Below are positions 1 through 14,077 of a stretch of DNA of 64,000 nucleotides, piece by piece. The notes under the pieces are model-generated. The model had not been told where the DNA came from and did no database searches. It saw nothing but the letters and a program-made list of their open reading frames with translations. The DNA lies in contig OZ024742.1 of NCBI GenBank assembly GCA_964016885.1, forward strand, positions 110,856,001-110,920,000, written 5' to 3'. The translations under genes and the position numbers were made by a program. Numbering within the stretch: position 1 is the first letter of the stretch; each line of letters opens with the position of its first letter. Source of the DNA: Eledone cirrhosa (Eukaryota).

Positions 1-156
1 TACATCGGCACCATTGCCTTACTAGTGCTTTTTTAAGTATGAACGATAAAGCCAACCTCACCCGTATTTGAAATCCGAAAGTAAAGGGCCGTAACTATAT
101 TCCACAAAGCAATGTTTCCGACATTTTACCAATATTGCTGACCCATCCCTCTAATG

Positions 157-203
<47 letters not shown>

Positions 204-209
<6 letters not shown>

Positions 210-568
210 ATTAAATAAATGGAAAACTATATTTATAAAACCATATCTATTTCATTATATATATTTCGGGGATATCATATTAACAATATGCTATGCCTTC
301 ATCAGACAAAATACAATATAAACAGTTTTATAGATAAATATATTCGACATACCGTAATAAACATCAACTTCATTTGAAGAGGTTTACGCTAGCATCAAAT
401 GAAGTTGATGTTTATTACGGTATGTCGAATATATTTATCTATAAAACTGTTTATATTGTATTTTGTCTGATGAAGGCATAGCATATTGTTAATATGATAT
501 CCCCGAAATATATATAATGAAATAGATATGGTTTTATAAATATAGTTTTCCATTTATTTAATATTGTA
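204..568. repeat. Perfect long inverted repeat (174-bp arms, 17-nt spacer) embedded in (TA)n; HHR-bearing PLE-type terminal fragment
   Basis: 204-377 is the reverse complement of 395-568. The right arm continues to about 657, then (TA)n. (TA)n also lies on the left. Confidence 0.9.
459..524 (+). ncRNA. Type I hammerhead ribozyme (mirror copy at 248-313 on minus strand)
   Basis: Stem I TATTTTGT/ATGAAATA (two G-U), core CTGATGA 467-473, stem II containing the CATATT/AATATG hairpin, GAAA 505-508, palindromic stem III TATATATA, triplet AUA. Confidence 0.7.
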
Positions 569-652
569 AATATACTCCAAATATTTGTCGAGTGCTTTTA
601 TATCAGTTATAAATATTTACTAGTTGTAACCCAACAATTTTAAATATAACTT

Positions 653-683
<31 letters not shown>

Positions 684-684
684 A

Positions 685-908
685 GTTTTGCGAGGTTTTT
701 GATATGAAATCGTGTGTCGAAACAAATATTGTTATACTTGGGGAGGGTCATATTTGTGTAATATTGCCAGAATTAATAACAGAACACACTCACTGTTTGG
801 TTGGTTTTCGCTTTTCGCTTCTCTGACACAGAAGCGAAAAGTGAAAACCAACCAAATATTAATTCTGGCAATATTACACAAATATGACCCTCCCCAAGTA
901 TAACAATA
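685..908. repeat. Foldback fragment of the 3' end of the HHR family at 31.5-32.3 kb, flanked by (TA)n
   Basis: About 727-825 is inverted at 828-908, with an internal deletion. It is homologous to the reverse complement of 32137-32278. Confidence 0.8.
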
Positions 909-2659
909 TATATATATATATATGTATATATATAATCAGCAGAAGAACATGTGCACAATTATAAAAGACGGGCAGCAGCAACTTTAGTTTGTCAGTCACC
1001 TTGCTGGCTGTACAGTTTTGCGTATTAAGATGATGCCAATTTGTGTAATGGATCGGGTGAGATACATGTAAGATTGTAACAAATCAAAGAAAGGTTAGGA
1101 AAATTTACAGGAGTCTTTCGACAAAAAGTGAGGGATATGTAAAAAGTTACGACTAGAAATACATGAATAACCGACTGTGCATGTGTGTGTGTGAAACACG
1201 AGTCGCTGCAAGCAGGAAACAATTGACTTTAGGTGATGAGTTGTGGTTGGGTATGGAGTGGAGAACAAAATACCGAATGCATGGCCTTGAGCTAGGAGGA
1301 AGTATACAAGCGAAATATGGTGAGAGAAATAAGAAAGGAGTGGAGGAGAAGTAAAAAGATGGAATGAGAGAACAAAGGAAAAATAGAAAAAGGTGTCACG
1401 CAAGTAAAAACATATATAGCAATTCATAAAAATAGATGCGTGTTAACCTGAACATTCACGCTAATACACATATATAATCCCCCTTCCTACCTTTCTAGTG
1501 CACCAATCTTGATTCACTGAAACTATAGTTATTTCCAAAGGTTGACTGAGGAGAAATGACTCTCCGTTCTCTTTGTCATGTGCACCCAATGTTTTGGATT
1601 CATATTAGAAAATCTCAGCCACGCGTGATATTTTAAAGCTAACATATAATAGAAGTTACAGCACCCGGTGTGTTTTCCTCCATTCCCCACTCCTACCATT
1701 TCTGTGTATCTGTGTCATTTTCCTTCATCTATATATTAGACTGTAGTTCATATACATATTTTATTTTTCCATTCCTCTCTTTTTTTAATTTTCTCTCTTG
1801 GCTAAGCTAAAAAACACCGTTTCTATTTCCCTCTTACTTTTCAGTTGATGCAGTTTGGTTTTAGCATTTTCCCTCTTTATTGCGTAATTTGAAAATGAAA
1901 GGACCTTATGTGATATTGAGTACTGCACCAAACAATTTGCACCTGCTCACACTGCACTTTAAATTAGAGAATTTCTGGCAACGAAAAGCTTTACCACTCT
2001 TCCACATACTTCTTTCCACCCAGATCTAGCTCCTTAAGTTGATATCGAAGCTGAAACTTCATTATTTTGGGATTGAGCGAAAACCTGCAAAACATTGTAA
2101 CCATCGAGCGAAGGACACTCAACGAAAATGACGCCCGGTACTGCTATGATCAAAAGAAAATGTTTGGAACGCTGTATTACTTCCCAAGGTTCGTATTCCA
2201 AAGGAGATAACTTGTAATTTCATGTACATCTAATATACATTTAAATACTTACTTTTGGGTCAAGCCTCGTATATATACATATACATACATACATACACAC
2301 ACACACGCCCCCCCCCCACATACATATATATATATATATAAGTACATATAGTAATAATAAATGTGAAAACTAAAATACGAAGTGGGCTCCATAAGGATTA
2401 TATATACATATATGTATAAATACAAATATAATTTCAGCGAGATCGAATTTCGGCAGTGGTAGAAAACAAAGCAAAACGCAATTTCCGAGTTATGCGGCAA
2501 GCGCTCCATGGACTAAAAAAGACCAGAGCAATACACATAGGTTATAGAGGTGAAACAAACTGAGAATGGCGGTCAAGAAGCCATCAGCCACCTAAGCCAA
2601 AAAAAAAAAACGACGCAAGCTAAACACGTCAAACAAAAGATATATATATATCTTGGTCA

Positions 2660-2940
2660 TTTCACGAATGACCATGGATTTGAACCTAGAAAGATTCCCT
2701 CCAAGGTACAAACCTGGGCAAGATTTTTTGCATACCAGCCTCCCCTCTCTACGGGAAAGGCTATGGCCGATACAGCTTGGCACCAGTGACATTGCAACTC
2801 ATTTACACAGCTGAGTAAACTGGAGCAACATGAAATAAAGTGTCTTGCTCAAGGACACAACGCATCACCCGGTCCTAGAATCGAACTCACAACTTCTCAA
2901 TTGCAAGCCTAATGCTCTACCCGCTAAGCCATGCGCCGTC
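2660..2940 (-). mobile_element. tRNA-derived SINE
   Basis: Minus strand reads GGCGCATGGCTTAGCGGGTAGAG...GAGTTCGATTC (A/B-box-like), then GTGTCCTTGAGCAAGACACTT. A related copy lies at about 53362-53500 (+). Confidence 0.75.
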
Positions 2941-2974
2941 ACACACATATATATATATACACATATATATGTAT

Positions 2975-3060
<86 letters not shown>

Positions 3061-3112
3061 ACACACACACACCCACACCCACACACCCACACACACACAT
3101 ATATATATATAT

Positions 3113-3540
3113 AGTATTAAGGATACTATTTATGGTTATGTATATAATAAAACCTTTTATAGTTATATATATTTTAAACTCTAAATAGTGAAAGACAGTA
3201 ATTCATTACTATCTTATTACCAGTAAGATAAATAGCTCAATGTAATAACATCAATTGTTTTACAGAGCAGTTATATAGAAATTACATGAATCAAAGTTCA
3301 GTTTAAATCATTTATTTGCTTACAATTGTTTCCTCCAAACCGAGGTTTGGATTCTTCGGAGCAACTATTTAGTGATTTTTTACATACTTGACCTCCTTTT
3401 CAACACAAGAGACATATGAAAACATATGTATATATTGACTCACAGTGGGTTGACATCCATCATAATAATATAGCATGGCAATATACATACAAAGGTTACA
3501 GTCATATTAAAGAACAAAATTAAAGTTAAAATTAAAATTA
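3113..3540 (-). mobile_element. PLE-type 3' terminal fragment with variant hammerhead
   Basis: Reverse-complement homolog of about 33600-34000, flanked by microsatellites. Confidence 0.7.
3316..3364 (-). ncRNA. Hammerhead ribozyme with U4C core (CCGAAGA)
   Basis: Minus strand: TTGCT CCGAAGA A TCCAAAC-CTCG-GTTTGGA G GAAA CAATTGTA AGCAA. Stem III is palindromic (ACAATTGT) and the triplet is GUA. Confidence 0.7.
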
Positions 3541-3596
3541 AAATAAAAATAAAAATAAAACATTGGCAGTTTATGAAGATATATATATATATATAT

Positions 3597-3669
<73 letters not shown>

Positions 3670-3683
3670 TTTGAACTTTATAT

Positions 3684-3751
<68 letters not shown>

Positions 3752-3754
<3 letters not shown>

Positions 3755-4548
3755 TTTGAACTTTGAAACTTAAACTTGTATAGGCACCAGGGCAGTTGCC
3801 GATATACGTCTGTGAGTATAGATTTATTATTTTTTAGATCGATACAGGCAGACTATATGTATTTGAATTAAGGTATTTCTATCTGGCTAAATTATTGTCA
3901 ATTTGCAATAAAACACATTAGTGTTGATCATATTTTTTTATATTAACTTGTATTGTACTGCTCAGAAATATTTCTTAGAGCTAAATAGTTGTATTTGACT
4001 CCTGAGTGAAAACTCTAAATTATATTATATCTGCTCCTTCGGTCGAGCTGAATTCGTAATCCCATATAAACGGCTGTTATTTCTAGCGCCATGAGTATGA
4101 GCCAGAATGCTGTGAAAAATCGTGTGCAAAAGCATATGTATTTGGCATACGACAGACCAGTCCTTAGATATTTCTCTTAGGTGAAGTAACTCTAATTTTT
4201 CTGGGTGCCTATTGAGAATCACAGAAAATTGATTATTTCACTAATAATTATTTCATGAATAGTTATTCCACAATTAATTAATTATTTCAATAGTATACCA
4301 TCCTTTGTGAAACAAGTTTACTTTTTGAATTTCGGACTGATCTGCTGAAAAGGTTTGAACTTTGAAACTTAAACTTGTATAGGCACCAGGGCAGTTGCCG
4401 ATATACGTCTGTGAGTATAGATTTATTATTTTTTAGATCGATACAGGCAGACTATATATATTTGAATTAAGGTATTTCTATCTGGCTAAATTATTGTCAA
4501 TTTGCAATAAAAACACATTAGTGTTGATCATATTTTTTTATATTAACT

Positions 4549-4552
<4 letters not shown>
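3752..4552. repeat. About 200-bp near-identical direct repeats (3752-3952, 4351-4552) around a 400-bp core, in (TA)n; pseudo-LTR or partial-tandem element
   Basis: AGGTTTGAACTTTGAAACTT...TATTAACTTGTA occurs twice, 599 bp apart. A further stub lies at about 3667. Confidence 0.8.
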
Positions 4553-4638
<86 letters not shown>

Positions 4639-4718
4639 AGGTAAGTTATTCCGGGTTGAATCGGAGGTAACCACAGTAAGTAAGGTACTGAATACATAGC
4701 AGAGTATAAAGGTTTTAA

Positions 4719-4769
4719 TGTAGGGATTCCTGATGATTTCTAAAGAATGAAACAGTTCTGGTCCTGCAT
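4719..4769 (+). ncRNA. Degenerate hammerhead-like motif in a short insert between (TA)n and (TC)n
   Basis: CTGATGA 4730-4736, TTCT/AGAA stem II, GAAAC 4749-4753. Stem I and stem III pairing is imperfect. Confidence 0.4.
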
Positions 4770-4776
4770 AATCTCA

Positions 4777-4891
<115 letters not shown>

Positions 4892-4998
4892 GAATAGAAT
4901 TAAATGAAATTACATTTCTCACTCTTAGTACGGCACTTACTTAAATGTAAGTATGTATGTATACGTACATACATATATGTATACAGACGTACAGTAGC

Positions 4999-5041
<43 letters not shown>

Positions 5042-5196
5042 CATACAGGCACACACATATATATATGTACGTATCAGTTTAGAGAACATTTATTATAATG
5101 TTCGCTTTGTTCGCCTGTAAACAAACGGACATCCTGATTTATGCCGTACGGTGTTAAGGCAACCACGTCACCCCCTTGTTCAACACTGACACAGGA

Positions 5197-5239
5197 ACGA
5201 TGTACTAGTTTCAAGCTTGTTAGCTATCGTCAGCACCGT
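5197..5239 (-). ncRNA. Type I hammerhead ribozyme (475-nt unit)
   Basis: Minus strand ACGGTG CTGACGA TAGCT AACA AGCTT GAAA CTAGTA CATCGT. Confidence 0.85.
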
Positions 5240-5473
5240 ATACCCTTCTGCCAGATGGTTGAACTTTCGAAACTATATACTTTCCTTATGAAAATTAACG
5301 GCTGAGCAGCCTAATTTGCATATCGAGTGAGTTCAGTCGGCCAGGCGCACCGAAAACGATAAAATGGAATAGAATGAAATGAAATTTCATTTATCACTCT
5401 TAGTACGGCACTTACTTAAATGTAAGTATGTATGTATACGTACATACATATATGTATACAGACGTACAGTAGC

Positions 5474-5522
<49 letters not shown>

Positions 5523-5671
5523 CAGGCACACACATATATATCTACGTATCAGTTTAGCGAACATTTATTATAATGTTCGCTTTGTTCGCCTGTAAACAAA
5601 CGGACAGCCTGATTTATGCCGTACGGTGTTAAGGCAACCACGTCACCCCCTTGTTCAACACTGGCACAGGA

Positions 5672-5714
5672 ACGATGTACTAGTTTTAAGCTTGTTAGCT
5701 ATCGTCAGCACCGT
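5672..5714 (-). ncRNA. Hammerhead copy with G12->A (probably inactive)
   Basis: Same motif 475 bp from the first copy, but GAAA reads AAAA. Confidence 0.7.
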
Positions 5715-5856
5715 ATACCCTTCTGTTGAATAAGGTGGTGACGTGGTTGCCTTAACACCGTACGGCATAAATCAGGCTGTCCGTTTGTTTACAGGCGAAC
5801 AAAGCGAACATTATAATAAATGTTCGTTAAACTGATACGTACATATATATGTGTGC

Positions 5857-5896
<40 letters not shown>

Positions 5897-6130
5897 GCTA
5901 CTGTACGTCTGTATACATATATGTATGAACGTATACATACATACTTACATTTAAGTAAGTGCCGTACTAAGAGTGAGAAATGAAATTTCATTTCATTCTA
6001 TTCCATTTTATCGTTTTCGGTGCGCCTGGCCGACTGAACTCACTCGATATGCAAATTAGGCTGCTCAGCCGTTAATTTTCATAAGGAAAGTATATACTTT
6101 CGAACGTTCAACCATCTGGCAGAAGGCTAT

Positions 6131-6173
6131 ACGGTGCTGACGATAGCTGACAAGCTTGAAACTAGTACATCGT
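6131..6173 (+). ncRNA. Type I hammerhead ribozyme (475-nt unit)
   Basis: Stem I ACGGTG/CATCGT, core CTGACGA 6137-6143, stem II AGCT/AGCT, GAAA 6158-6161, palindromic stem III ACTAGT, cleavage predicted after A6167. Confidence 0.85.
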
Positions 6174-6395
6174 TCCTGTGTCAGTGTTGAACAAAAAGGT
6201 GACGTGGTTGCCTTAACACCGTACGGCATAAGTCAGGCTGTCCGTTTGTTTACAGGCGAACATTATAATAAATGTTCGCTAAACTGATACGTACATATAT
6301 ATATGTGTGCCTGTATGTATATATATTTATTTATATATATATATACATGCTACTGTACGTCTGTATACATATATGTATGTACGTATACATACATA

Positions 6396-6466
<71 letters not shown>

Positions 6467-7051
6467 CTTTTGCACTCAATCATTGTTATACAGATATAAC
6501 GTTATATTTATATCCTAAATCTCTTTCCATGCAGTGATATATACATAGATGTATATGTAATAAACCTTTCATCTATATATTTATAGTCACATACAATTAT
6601 GTGTAATTGCCAGAATGCAAAATGCGGCTCTGTTTCTCTTTTCCGAGTTGAAGTTACAATGCAAATGATTAAATGGGCGAAAATAATAGAATATTCAGTG
6701 AAGTTGCCTCAAATACCCAAACTGAATTATTCAAATTTAAAACACAGCATTTAAACATACCTTAGAGGATTATCCTCGAAACAACAAATCTTGTACAAAC
6801 ATGCTAATGTATGTATGTATGTATGTATGTATGTATGTATGTATGTATGTATGTATGTATGTATGTATGTATGTATGTATGTATGTATGTATAAATAAAT
6901 ATATATAATATATCTATATAGTAATAATAATACATTTGAAGACTAAAATACAAAGAGGGCTCGATAAGGATAAATATATATCAAATATATAAGAACCCTA
7001 GAGCAAATATTTATTAAAATAATAATTATTTAAATTAATTTTAATAAATAA

Positions 7052-9669
<2,618 letters not shown>

Positions 9670-9679
9670 TATATATATA

Positions 9680-9985
9680 TAAGTATGTACACAGACGTAC
9701 AGTAGTATGTATATATATATACATACATGCACACATATATATATATGTACGTATGGATTCACCGAACATTTATTATGATGCTCGGTGTGTTTGTAAACAA
9801 ACATCCCGTATTAGGCCGTAGTGTCCAGCAACCATCGTTGCTCGTTTGTTCAACACTGACAAAGGAACGCTGTACTAGTTTTAAGCTTATTAGCTATTGT
9901 CAGCAACGTATACCTTCCTGCCAGATTGTTGAACGTATATATTTACCTTATGCATATTAACAGCTGAGAAGCCCAATTTGCGATT
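9680..9985 (-). repeat. Diverged copy of the 475-nt HHR family with a decayed ribozyme (about 9867-9909)
   Basis: Clear similarity to 4980-5320. The core reads CTGACAA and GAAA reads AAAA. Confidence 0.7.
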
Positions 9986-10241
9986 CCTGTCTACTGAGAT
10001 TACTGAATTTGTCACTACTCTAAAACAATAGCATACGGTCTTCAAAATGCTTTTAATGCATAAAGTGTATTGCAAAATACATTATATATACATCCATATA
10101 TATATTGCTATTTCAGAGGTCCAATTCTAATTTTTAATTTCTGCCTGACCAACAATCGCTCTGTATAATCAGTTCCTGATTATTTACTAGAATTCTATAA
10201 GAATATAACATTAGTAATCTCAGTAGACAGGAGGGGTAGTT

Positions 10242-10286
10242 AGCCTTGATAAGCTTCAACAAAAGCGAAACAAGGCCTTGTCGGCT
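10242..10286 (+). ncRNA. Hammerhead ribozyme with U3:A8 core (TTGATAA)
   Basis: AGCC TTGATAA GCTT-CAACAA-AAGC GAAA CAAGGCCTTGTC GGCT. GUC triplet with cleavage after C10282. Stem I is extended by AATCTCAG/CTGAGATT. Confidence 0.85.
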
Positions 10287-10561
10287 TATCTCCCCTGTTT
10301 GCTGAGATTAAAGTAAGTGAATTTGTTACTACTCTAAAACAATAGCATACGGTCTTCAAAATGCTTTTAATTAAGCGTAAAGTGTATTGCGAAATACATT
10401 ATATATATACATCCATATATATATTGCTATTTCAGAGCTCCAATTCTAATTTTTTAATTTCTGCCTGACCAACAATCGCTCTGTATAATCAGTTCCTGAT
10501 TATTTACTAGAATTCTATAAGAATATAACATCAGTAATCTCAGTATACAGGAGGGGTAGTT

Positions 10562-10606
10562 AGCCTTGATAAGCTTCAACAAAAGCGAAACAAGGCCTTG
10601 TCGGCT
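10562..10606 (+). ncRNA. Second identical U3:A8 hammerhead
   Basis: Exact copy 320 bp downstream. Confidence 0.85.
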
Positions 10607-10730
10607 TATCTCCCCTGTTTGCTGAGATTAAAGTAAGTGAATTTGTCACTACTCTAAAATAATAGCATACGGTCTTCAAAATGCTTTTAATTAAGCATAA
10701 AGTGTATTGCAAAATACATTATATATACAT

Positions 10731-10777
<47 letters not shown>

Positions 10778-10780
<3 letters not shown>

Positions 10781-12912
10781 ATAATAATAAATTTGAAGAC
10801 TAAAATACAAAGAGGGTTCGATAAAGATAAATATATATCAAACATATAAGAACCGTACAGCAAATATTTATTAAAATAACAGATTAATGTTTAAGCAAAG
10901 AATCGCTGCTTTCCCCCTTAACGGGAACTTCTGAAGCTAAAAAAGTCAATCTGTGAACGCAGAAGTAAATATTTCAAAAAACGTTGCAACCGAAGTAAGA
11001 CAGCAAGACGATACTTTGGTTCGTGTAAACGTTCCCTGGCAAAGAACGGTAAAAAACGAGGATAATACGTCATTATATGGAGCGGAGGAAAACAATTACA
11101 TGCAAAGACAAAACCACGTTTATGGTATAAATGAAGTCGTAGACTAATTTTTATTAGGTGATTCATGGAGACGTTCTCTGGCAATGAACGAAAAAAAACG
11201 AAGATAATACGTCATTATGTGGATCGAAGAGGACAATTACACGCACAGACAAAACCACGTAAATGGCATAACTGAAGTCGTAGACTAAAATTCTATTCAG
11301 GAAACCGAATGATCCTCGGCTTCAGAGTTAAGAATAAAGTAAATAAAATACAGAGATAATTGAAACTAAAATTATACATACTTGCATCCATATACGTACA
11401 TACACAAGCATATGCGAAAACACTCGCCATGGGTATTCAAATACAAGCACATACACAAAAAAACACGCACGCAGATACAGAACCCACGCAACGCCTGTAC
11501 CCGCACACATACGAACGTATACACCAAATACACATAAAAATATATATTAAAAAAAAAATATTAAGTAACTGTAAATAAATATACACACATAAATACGTAT
11601 ATAACGAGCGCACACACATACCTACATGTAAATACACATATGTTGGCAGACGTATGTCAACCAAAACAGAAAGTACACATATACACACACACAACATACG
11701 CACGACCCGCATACTCACACAGACGCAAAACTCACGTATACACATATACCAGTATATATAATATATACGCCATAACGTATACAAGTTAATATACGTACGA
11801 GAAAGTATACGTACCTTCACAAAACATACAGGTAATATATACAAATAAGTAATGGTATAAACATAACATATACTTAGCTACCACATCAAGACGTAAAATA
11901 TCCGCGTATAGTTCGTACTATCCGTTAGGGTATAATGTGGGGCTGTAATACAGGAACGTTTTGTGCAATTTATGTTTACAAGCCGAAATTGCCTCAAATT
12001 CTTTGTTTAAGATGTGATCATTGGCGTAGAGTATTTCCCGGGCCTCAGCGACGCAGAGGTCACATGATCTTTTATTTCCGTTATACGATCTAGCCTCAGC
12101 TAGGATCTCCCAGTGTAACTTATATTGGGTGTGGTTGTCTTTTAGACTCCAGATATAAGCTGAAAGGGACGTCATATTCATTCTTAAAGGGTTAAGAAAA
12201 GAATGGGTATGCATGTAAAGACACTGCTTGAATCTATTGGTGGTTAACCATATGTAGTCCCTACGGGACGTGGGTGTTTCAACTTACATGTGTATACAAT
12301 GTTACTAGAGAGGCATTTCCCGGATAGGAGCAGTCAACCCGATTCCTACAATTACAGTTAGTACTAGCTACAGGGTTGCACGTGTTCCTACGGCTAGGTA
12401 ATTTAGCTAAATTTGAAGCTGTGATGTTATGTACAAGGTTAGGAGTCGTAGTGTAAGAAATTTTACTGGTATTTCTATTAAAAATTTTACTATATCTATG
12501 TGCTGGGGGAAATGCTTCATAATAATGGAGAGAAAGATCTTAACTAATGGTGTGGCCACCTCCATATTATATGTGGGTTATACCATATAATGCATCTGGA
12601 TCTATTTTTCCTAGGTCTATTCTCGTACTCTGTATATGCTACCTTATCGACAAATCCACTCCGAGCAAGAGCTTCATTGTAATATGTGGAATGGCTGTTG
12701 AAAATATGCTCGTTTGTAGATAGACGGGAAAGCCTCAAAGAAACGTTTCTTACCAGGTTCTTGGGTATGCTGCCAGCATCGTTGATTTCATTAATGACGC
12801 TCCGATTAGTTTTACGGTATTCCTTATTTACAGCATTATATAGCAGTTGATGGTAAGGAATGCGCTCCACTTGATATAGATTGCCAGTTTTGTCGGAGTG
12901 GACGTGCACGGC
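10778..12912 (-). mobile_element. Decayed Naiad-type PLE lacking the RT core, with long 3' UTR; inverted copy of its UTR at about 12915-13330
   Basis: ORF pieces VHSDKTGNLY..EIN / KNLVRNVSLRLSRLS..WYNP and LSAYIWSLKD..CDLCVAE..SACKHK align to the 14866-16794 protein. Its 3' end recurs at about 2351, 6920 and 38488. Confidence 0.85.
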
Positions 12913-13348
12913 ATTGGGTTCTGTATGTACGTATATGCATGCGTGTATGTATAATCTTAGTTTCAATTACCTCTGTATTTTATTTACTTTATTCTTAACT
13001 TAAGTATATGTTATGTTTATACCATTACTTATTTGTATAGGTAAGTATTTATTATCTGTTATTTTGTGAAGGTACGTATACTTTCTTGTACGTATATTTG
13101 CTTGTATATGTTATGGTGTATATATTATATATACTGGTACATGTGCATTTGGTTATGTGTATACGTGAGTTTTTCGTCTGTGTGTATATTTCGTCGGTAT
13201 GTGTATATGTGTATTTTGTGTTTTGGTTGACATACGTCTGCGAACATATGTGTATTTACATGTAGGTATGTGTGTGCGCTCGCTATATAATTATTTATGT
13301 GTGTATATTTATTACATTTATTAATTATATGTATACACGCACACACAT

Positions 13349-13382
<34 letters not shown>

Positions 13383-13498
13383 GACATAGAATATTCGAAA
13401 ATATTCTGTATGTTTATAATAAACATTTTGAAGACCTAATCGCTATAGAATAGAATACGTCACGTATTACAATTAGATTCTCGATAAAAGCAAGGGAA

Positions 13499-13541
13499 GT
13501 AATCTACGCGTTTCATTCTTGTTAGAATTCATCAGGACTAC
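13499..13541 (-). ncRNA. Type I hammerhead ribozyme (310-nt unit, inverted copy)
   Basis: Reverse complement of 13725-13767. Confidence 0.88.
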
Positions 13542-13724
13542 ATATCCAGTGCTTTTATCGAGAATGACACAGCTAGAGACTTATAGAATACTTAGCTGTG
13601 TACAGGAACTGGTTTGAAAGAGCGGTTGCCGGTCCGGCAGAAATTAGAAATTGGAATAAATGCTCTGAAATAGCGATATATATGTGAATATAGACATAGA
13701 ATATTCGAAAAAAGCACTGGATAT

Positions 13725-13767
13725 GTAGTCCTGATGAATTCTAACAAGAATGAAACGCGTAGATTAC
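13725..13767 (+). ncRNA. Type I hammerhead ribozyme (310-nt unit)
   Basis: GTAGTC CTGATGA ATTCT-AACA-AGAAT GAAA CGCGTA GATTAC. Palindromic stem III ACGCGT is typical of minimal PLE/retrozyme HHRs. Cleavage predicted after A13761. Confidence 0.9.
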
Positions 13768-14034
13768 TTCCCTTGCTTTTATCGAGAATCTAATTGTAAT
13801 ACGTGACGTATTCTATTCTATAGCGATTAGGTCTTCAAAATGTTTATTATAAACATACAGAATATTTTCGAATATTCTATGTCTATATTCACATATATAT
13901 CGCTATTTCAGAGCATTTATTCCAATTTCTAATTTCTGCCGGACCGGCAACCGCTCTTTCAAACCAGTTCCTGTACACAGCTAAGTATTCTATAAGTCTC
14001 TAGCTGTGTCATTCTCGATAAAAGCACTGGATAT

Positions 14035-14077
14035 GTAGTCCTGATGAATTCTAACAAGAATGAAACGCGTAGATTAC
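14035..14077 (+). ncRNA. Type I hammerhead ribozyme (310-nt unit, second tandem copy)
   Basis: Identical motif, closed by a perfect 16-bp ATTCTCGATAAAAGCA/TGCTTTTATCGAGAAT extension. Confidence 0.9.

Larger units (their letters stand above)
9985..10740 (+). repeat. About 320-nt HHR tandem repeat (about 2.3 units) with a short 5' inversion; retrozyme-like
   Basis: Units start at about 10006, 10319 and 10639. 9985-10006 is the reverse complement of an internal segment (TCAGTAATCTCAGTAGACAGGA). The array ends in (TA)n. Confidence 0.9.

Noticed and set aside
2860-2940. tRNA gene
   Set aside because: It has A/B-box-like motifs but no full cloverleaf, and it continues into a SINE body.
4204-4242. 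TTGAGAA...GAAA as another U3:A8 hammerhead
   Set aside because: Stems I and II do not pair, and the region folds better as a simple hairpin.
10895-10945. Possible HHR at the 3' end of the 10778 PLE family
   Set aside because: The core reads TTCAGAA and stem III is unpaired, which is too degenerate to call from this copy.
11030-11290. Two about 142-bp tandem repeats as a CRISPR-like array
   Set aside because: Only two diverged units with no spacer structure, in a eukaryotic PLE 3' UTR.
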